From: Alphaproteobacteria bacterium
GTDB lineage: Bacteria > Pseudomonadota > Alphaproteobacteria > Rs-D84
Direction: 5' to 3'
Length of the DNA: 64,000 bases
Assembly (NCBI GenBank): GCA_017403085.1
Contig: JAFQOQ010000009.1
Coordinates: 69,066 to 133,065, forward strand
The translations under genes were made by a program, and so were the position numbers. The notes below the pieces were generated by a model, which saw only the letters and a program-made list of their open reading frames with translations, did no database searches and had not been told where the DNA came from. Shown piece by piece: positions 60,087 to 64,000 of this stretch (position 1 is its first letter; every line of letters begins with the position of its first letter).

Positions 60087-60437
60087 ATGCACAAAAATAT
60101 AAATCAATTATGTGATTTGTTGGGACTGAATCAATACCAAAGTGGTAAATTGAAAATGCATTGTGAAAGGTATGATTTTTCCAGACTGCAACAACGTGGT
60201 GGGGTGTTGTATGCACCATATGCAACACACGGCGTGCGACAGTTTATAGAAAAATTATTGCTGGGTGCGCGTGCGGATTTAATTGGAAAAAACACAATGC
60301 TGTTGCGGGCGCAACGTGGTATTCGGTTTTGTGCAAATGGGTATCATTGTGTACGTGCGGGACGATATACATACTATGCAGATGCAATGGGACGTGTAAT
60401 TTCACGTCGTGAATTTATGGAAAATAAATCCAATTAA
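60087..60437 (+). CDS. Hypothetical protein
   Basis: ATG after GAGAG; 116-aa ORF convergent with the AsmA-like gene. Confidence 0.55.
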   Translation: MHKNINQLCDLLGLNQYQSGKLKMHCERYDFSRLQQRGGVLYAPYATHGVRQFIEKLLLGARADLIGKNTMLLRAQRGIRFCANGYHCVRAGRYTYYADAMGRVISRREFMENKSN

Positions 60438-62908
60438 AACTTGTCGTGTGTTTTTACAAATGCACGCATAAATCCCGGGTCAATTTGACGCATTATATCC
60501 GACAGGGAATAAGCACGTGTATTATCGGGCATGATACTTAGTTGTATTGTTGCAGGTGTTGGTGCCGTACCGCGCAATGTTAAATCAAATTCCGCCGTCA
60601 TAAACCCGTCAGTTATTGCAAAACCACCAATACCGTCTGTGTGGCGCATAGATATTTTTGCAGGTGCGGTTGTGATAAAATTACCACGTTCATAGTCGCC
60701 AATAATCTGCAATTGTTTCAATTTTGTTTCACCACCCGTTAATGCGCGCGCCAATGCATATTCTGCGTTGAATGAAGTTATGTTTTCTGCGGACGCATAA
60801 AATTCATCAAAACCAAAGCCCGATATAACACCACCATCAAATGTTAAATCCAGATTCCCGCGCAGATTGTAATATATGTCGTGGGCAATCTGACCATTGG
60901 TGTTCATGGCAATTTGGCCCGTTATCATTGTATCACGAATGTTTAATGGCATATGGTCAGACAGCAACCAACCGTTAATTACAAATTGATTAAGTTGCAC
61001 AAATATTTCATAGTTTGTTTTATCGCGTTCAATTGTGGCAAGCAAATTTCCACGGTCTGCATCCATAATAGAAAATGTTTGGGCGTTTGGTTTTAACGAA
61101 TATACAAAATTCTTGTATTCATTGCCGTTGTAAATCAAACTCTGTGCGGACAGTGCAATTTTAGCAGGTATGTTAAATAATATTAACAAGGGTTCATTTG
61201 TTCTAAATTCCAATTCTGCATAATTATCTATAAACGCTTGATTTATGAATGCATCAATGGACAAAACAGGTGTATGCAATGTGATACTGTCATCGGATGC
61301 ACTGCCAACAAATTCGTAATCACCCAGACGCAATGTCAGGTTTGATATTTTTCCATCTTGGTAAAAACCAGAAATGGTATATGTTGAATCATTGATTGAT
61401 TGTAAATCTATGTTTGGAAACCATGCTTTGAAACTGTTGCCGGTCAAATAAAAATAGTTATCGTATTGGGATAATTGCCAATTACCACTGTACGGTGTAA
61501 ATGTTAACATTCCGCCACGCCATGCAAAATCACCACGATCTGATTTCATAAAGTCGGGCAAGAATGGAATATTTGCCCCCATGAAATCCAAAGTTTTGTT
61601 TTTGGCAAAGTTATATGAAACCCGGGTTTCTTTTTCGTCGATTTCATATATGCCACCGATGTCTGAAAATTGGAAAGAAACGCGTCCGCGCGACCCAAGT
61701 TTTTTGATGTCATTCAAAAATTTCTTTGTTTCTGGCATGGGGGTATCAGACAAAATCGCTATGTCAAATGTATCGCCATCAACGGAAATATTGCCCGATA
61801 TATCGCCATACGAAAACACGGCGCAGTTCCATTTTTGTGGTGTCCCAGAAAACAAGCACATAGAATTTACACCATCAATGGGCATTGTTATCATCAGATT
61901 ATCCGCACCATCCGCGGAAATCGTGCCACCTGTTATGGCAATGTCATCGATGACAACATTTGCAATCTGTAGTTTGTCAGATTCACCAACCGCCTGAATT
62001 CGCAGGTGATTAAATTTGTGCTTGTCAAATTTCAGGTTTCCATAAAAATCAATATTCAGATTGGTTTTATGTATCAATTTGCCCGGATTTTTTAGAAATG
62101 AAAAATCATAATCTATATCTTCGGACACTAATTGAATATTTTTTTCGCCATTGGGTAAAATTTCTATGTTGCCGGAAATGTGGTCGGTATTTATATTGGT
62201 CAGTTTATAACTGTTGCCACCGTTCCATTCAAAATTCGTACTAAGTTTTATTGGACGGGATGTGCGTGGGGCATCAAATCCAAACCAAGAATTTATATCG
62301 TCTGTTTCAATCGAGATATGACCACGAATTGTGCCATCGGAATATATCTGTCCCGTCATATCAAGGTTATTGTTTTTGTTTTCTATGCTGAATGTATCAC
62401 CAGAAAATTCAACATCATATTTGTGATTTGCCGTGCGTATAATTCCATTAAATTCGCCATTGGAAAATTCCGCACGAACAATATGAAATTTACGTCCCAT
62501 AAAGTCTATGTTGCTGTTATAAATTTCAATAGTGTGATTAAAATTTGCGACGGCTAGTTTGTCAATTGTTATATCAGCGTCATAAATAACAACCGCTTTT
62601 TTTAATTCGGCGTGTTCCAGGTTAAAGAAATCACTAAATGGAATAGATAACATCACGGCGCCGATACGGGCGGTTGGTACAATAACATCATGTGCAACAA
62701 TTGTTGCGCCACCAATAAGACTGAAATGAATGTCGCCATCCAATTTTGCCGGCACCGCCATTTGTTCATAAATTGATTTTTCGATTGCAGGGCGAAATTT
62801 ATTCAGGGTTATCATAGGTGGAACAATAATAACGGCCAAAACAAACACACCGATGATGCCCACCAGCGTCCAGAATATTCTGCGTTTATATCTGGGTTTT
62901 AATGCCAT
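60434..62908 (-). CDS. AsmA-like protein
   Basis: N-terminal TM, ..N.FRP.IE...G.I.FSL, long beta-rich body, C-terminal L.G.L.L....G...GF. Confidence 0.7.
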   Translation of the reverse strand: MALKPRYKRRIFWTLVGIIGVFVLAVIIVPPMITLNKFRPAIEKSIYEQMAVPAKLDGDIHFSLIGGATIVAHDVIVPTARIGAVMLSIPFSDFFNLEHAELKKAVVIYDADITIDKLAVANFNHTIEIYNSNIDFMGRKFHIVRAEFSNGEFNGIIRTANHKYDVEFSGDTFSIENKNNNLDMTGQIYSDGTIRGHISIETDDINSWFGFDAPRTSRPIKLSTNFEWNGGNSYKLTNINTDHISGNIEILPNGEKNIQLVSEDIDYDFSFLKNPGKLIHKTNLNIDFYGNLKFDKHKFNHLRIQAVGESDKLQIANVVIDDIAITGGTISADGADNLMITMPIDGVNSMCLFSGTPQKWNCAVFSYGDISGNISVDGDTFDIAILSDTPMPETKKFLNDIKKLGSRGRVSFQFSDIGGIYEIDEKETRVSYNFAKNKTLDFMGANIPFLPDFMKSDRGDFAWRGGMLTFTPYSGNWQLSQYDNYFYLTGNSFKAWFPNIDLQSINDSTYTISGFYQDGKISNLTLRLGDYEFVGSASDDSITLHTPVLSIDAFINQAFIDNYAELEFRTNEPLLILFNIPAKIALSAQSLIYNGNEYKNFVYSLKPNAQTFSIMDADRGNLLATIERDKTNYEIFVQLNQFVINGWLLSDHMPLNIRDTMITGQIAMNTNGQIAHDIYYNLRGNLDLTFDGGVISGFGFDEFYASAENITSFNAEYALARALTGGETKLKQLQIIGDYERGNFITTAPAKISMRHTDGIGGFAITDGFMTAEFDLTLRGTAPTPATIQLSIMPDNTRAYSLSDIMRQIDPGFMRAFVKTHDKF

Positions 62909-62966
62909 TCTCTGTTCCCTTGTATTTTCATTATAATGGATTATACTTTATATTGTGAATAAAAAA

Positions 62967-64000
62967 ATGAAGCGTGCAGAATTTTATCTTGAAAGTGCTT
63001 ATAAGCCCATGGGCGACCAACCAACCGCGATTGCTGAATTGGTTGATGGTGTAAATGCCGGCAAACAATCCCAGGTATTGTTGGGGGTGACGGGGTCGGG
63101 TAAGACTTTTACAATGGCAAATGTTATTGCGGAACTGGGGCGACCCGCATTGATTATGGCACCTAATAAAATTCTGGCGGCGCAATTATACACGGAAATG
63201 AAATCGTTCTTCCCGCGAAATCATGTTGAATATTTTGTGTCATACTATGATTATTATCAGCCCGAGGCTTATATGCCAACAACCGATACTTATATCGACA
63301 AGGACGCATCAATTAACGAACAATTGGACCGCATGCGCCACAGTGCAACGCGTGCCATGCTAGAAGAACGTGATGTTGTCGTGGTATCATCTGTGTCGTC
63401 AATCTATGGTATGGGGTCGCCCGAACAATATGCCGGTATGCGTGTTGTATTAAGGGCGGGCGATATTATGTCTATGCGCGATGTTATGCGTGCGCTGGTT
63501 GATATTCAATACAAACGCAACGATACAAATTTTGAACGTGGTACATTTCGCGCGCGTGGGGATACGTTGGATTTATTTCCGTCGCATGCAATGGACCGTG
63601 GGTGGAAATTATCGTTCTGGGGGGATGAAATCGAAGAGATTTGGGAATTCGATACCCTGACCGGGGCAAAATTACAAAAACTGGAACGGATTGCTGTTTA
63701 TCCGAATACACACTATGCAACGCCAATGCCCAGTGTTTTACAGGCAATTTCCCAAATACGCACAGACCTAAGGGAACGGTTGGAATACTTTCACGAAAAT
63801 ATGAAATATATCGAAGAACAGCGTTTGCGGGAACGTGTGAACTTTGACATAGAAATGATGGAAAGTACCGGGACATGTCGCGGGGTGGAAAATTATTCGC
63901 GATATTTATCGGGACGGTTGCCCGGACAGCCACCACCGACTTTGTTCGAGTATTTGCCAAAAGATGCAGTATTGTTTATTGATGAAAGCCATGTGACGGT
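62967..64000 (+). CDS. uvrB: Excinuclease ABC subunit B (truncated by the window end)
   Basis: Own translation MKRAEFYLESAYKPMGDQP.AI...LLGVTGSGKTFTMAN...YFVSYYDYYQPEAY...FIDESH. Confidence 0.97.
   Translation, partial: MKRAEFYLESAYKPMGDQPTAIAELVDGVNAGKQSQVLLGVTGSGKTFTMANVIAELGRPALIMAPNKILAAQLYTEMKSFFPRNHVEYFVSYYDYYQPEAYMPTTDTYIDKDASINEQLDRMRHSATRAMLEERDVVVVSSVSSIYGMGSPEQYAGMRVVLRAGDIMSMRDVMRALVDIQYKRNDTNFERGTFRARGDTLDLFPSHAMDRGWKLSFWGDEIEEIWEFDTLTGAKLQKLERIAVYPNTHYATPMPSVLQAISQIRTDLRERLEYFHENMKYIEEQRLRERVNFDIEMMESTGTCRGVENYSRYLSGRLPGQPPPTLFEYLPKDAVLFIDESHVT

Overview
64-kb chromosomal window of an AT-rich, apparently small-genome, lipid-A-making bacterium. Alphaproteobacterial affinity is inferred from the tRNA-fMet anticodon stem TCAGG/CCTGA, Cys-free L36, the lpxJ-like/lpxK/lpxC block and a stand-alone virB3-virB4; it may be a gut Rs-D84/'Enterousia'-like lineage (unverified). 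Most of the window is housekeeping: der, MacB-type ABC, rpsO, truB, mutS, xseB, nth, ileS, pheST, rplT, rpmI, mreCD-mrdA-rodA, topA, dnaG, ychF, rpmJ, rfbACDB, lpxK, lpxC, gyrB, ung, aspS, AsmA-like, uvrB and three tRNAs. It also carries a virB3-virB4 pair, a type IVb-pilus-like operon and a low-GC islet after tRNA-Met (TA pair, RAMA-like protein, paralogous exported Cys proteins). The main signals are non-coding: (1) a T-box riboswitch antiterminator with an Asp/Asn-compatible UGGC bulge and only an ultra-short GAC-containing stem before aspS; (2) a complete Ile-leader-peptide attenuator (MKQTTIIIIK) before ileS; (3) a probable oriC at about 30.05-30.32 kb with variant DnaA boxes, surrounded by a 16-bp palindrome AAAANRCCGGYNTTTT in 31-bp-spaced pairs (candidate non-canonical parS-like site); (4) two sequence-unrelated but topologically matching C4-like RNA switches; (5) tRNA-linked palindromic elements, one preceding a mini GIY-YIG nuclease. 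All structures were paired by eye; no folding or database search was run.
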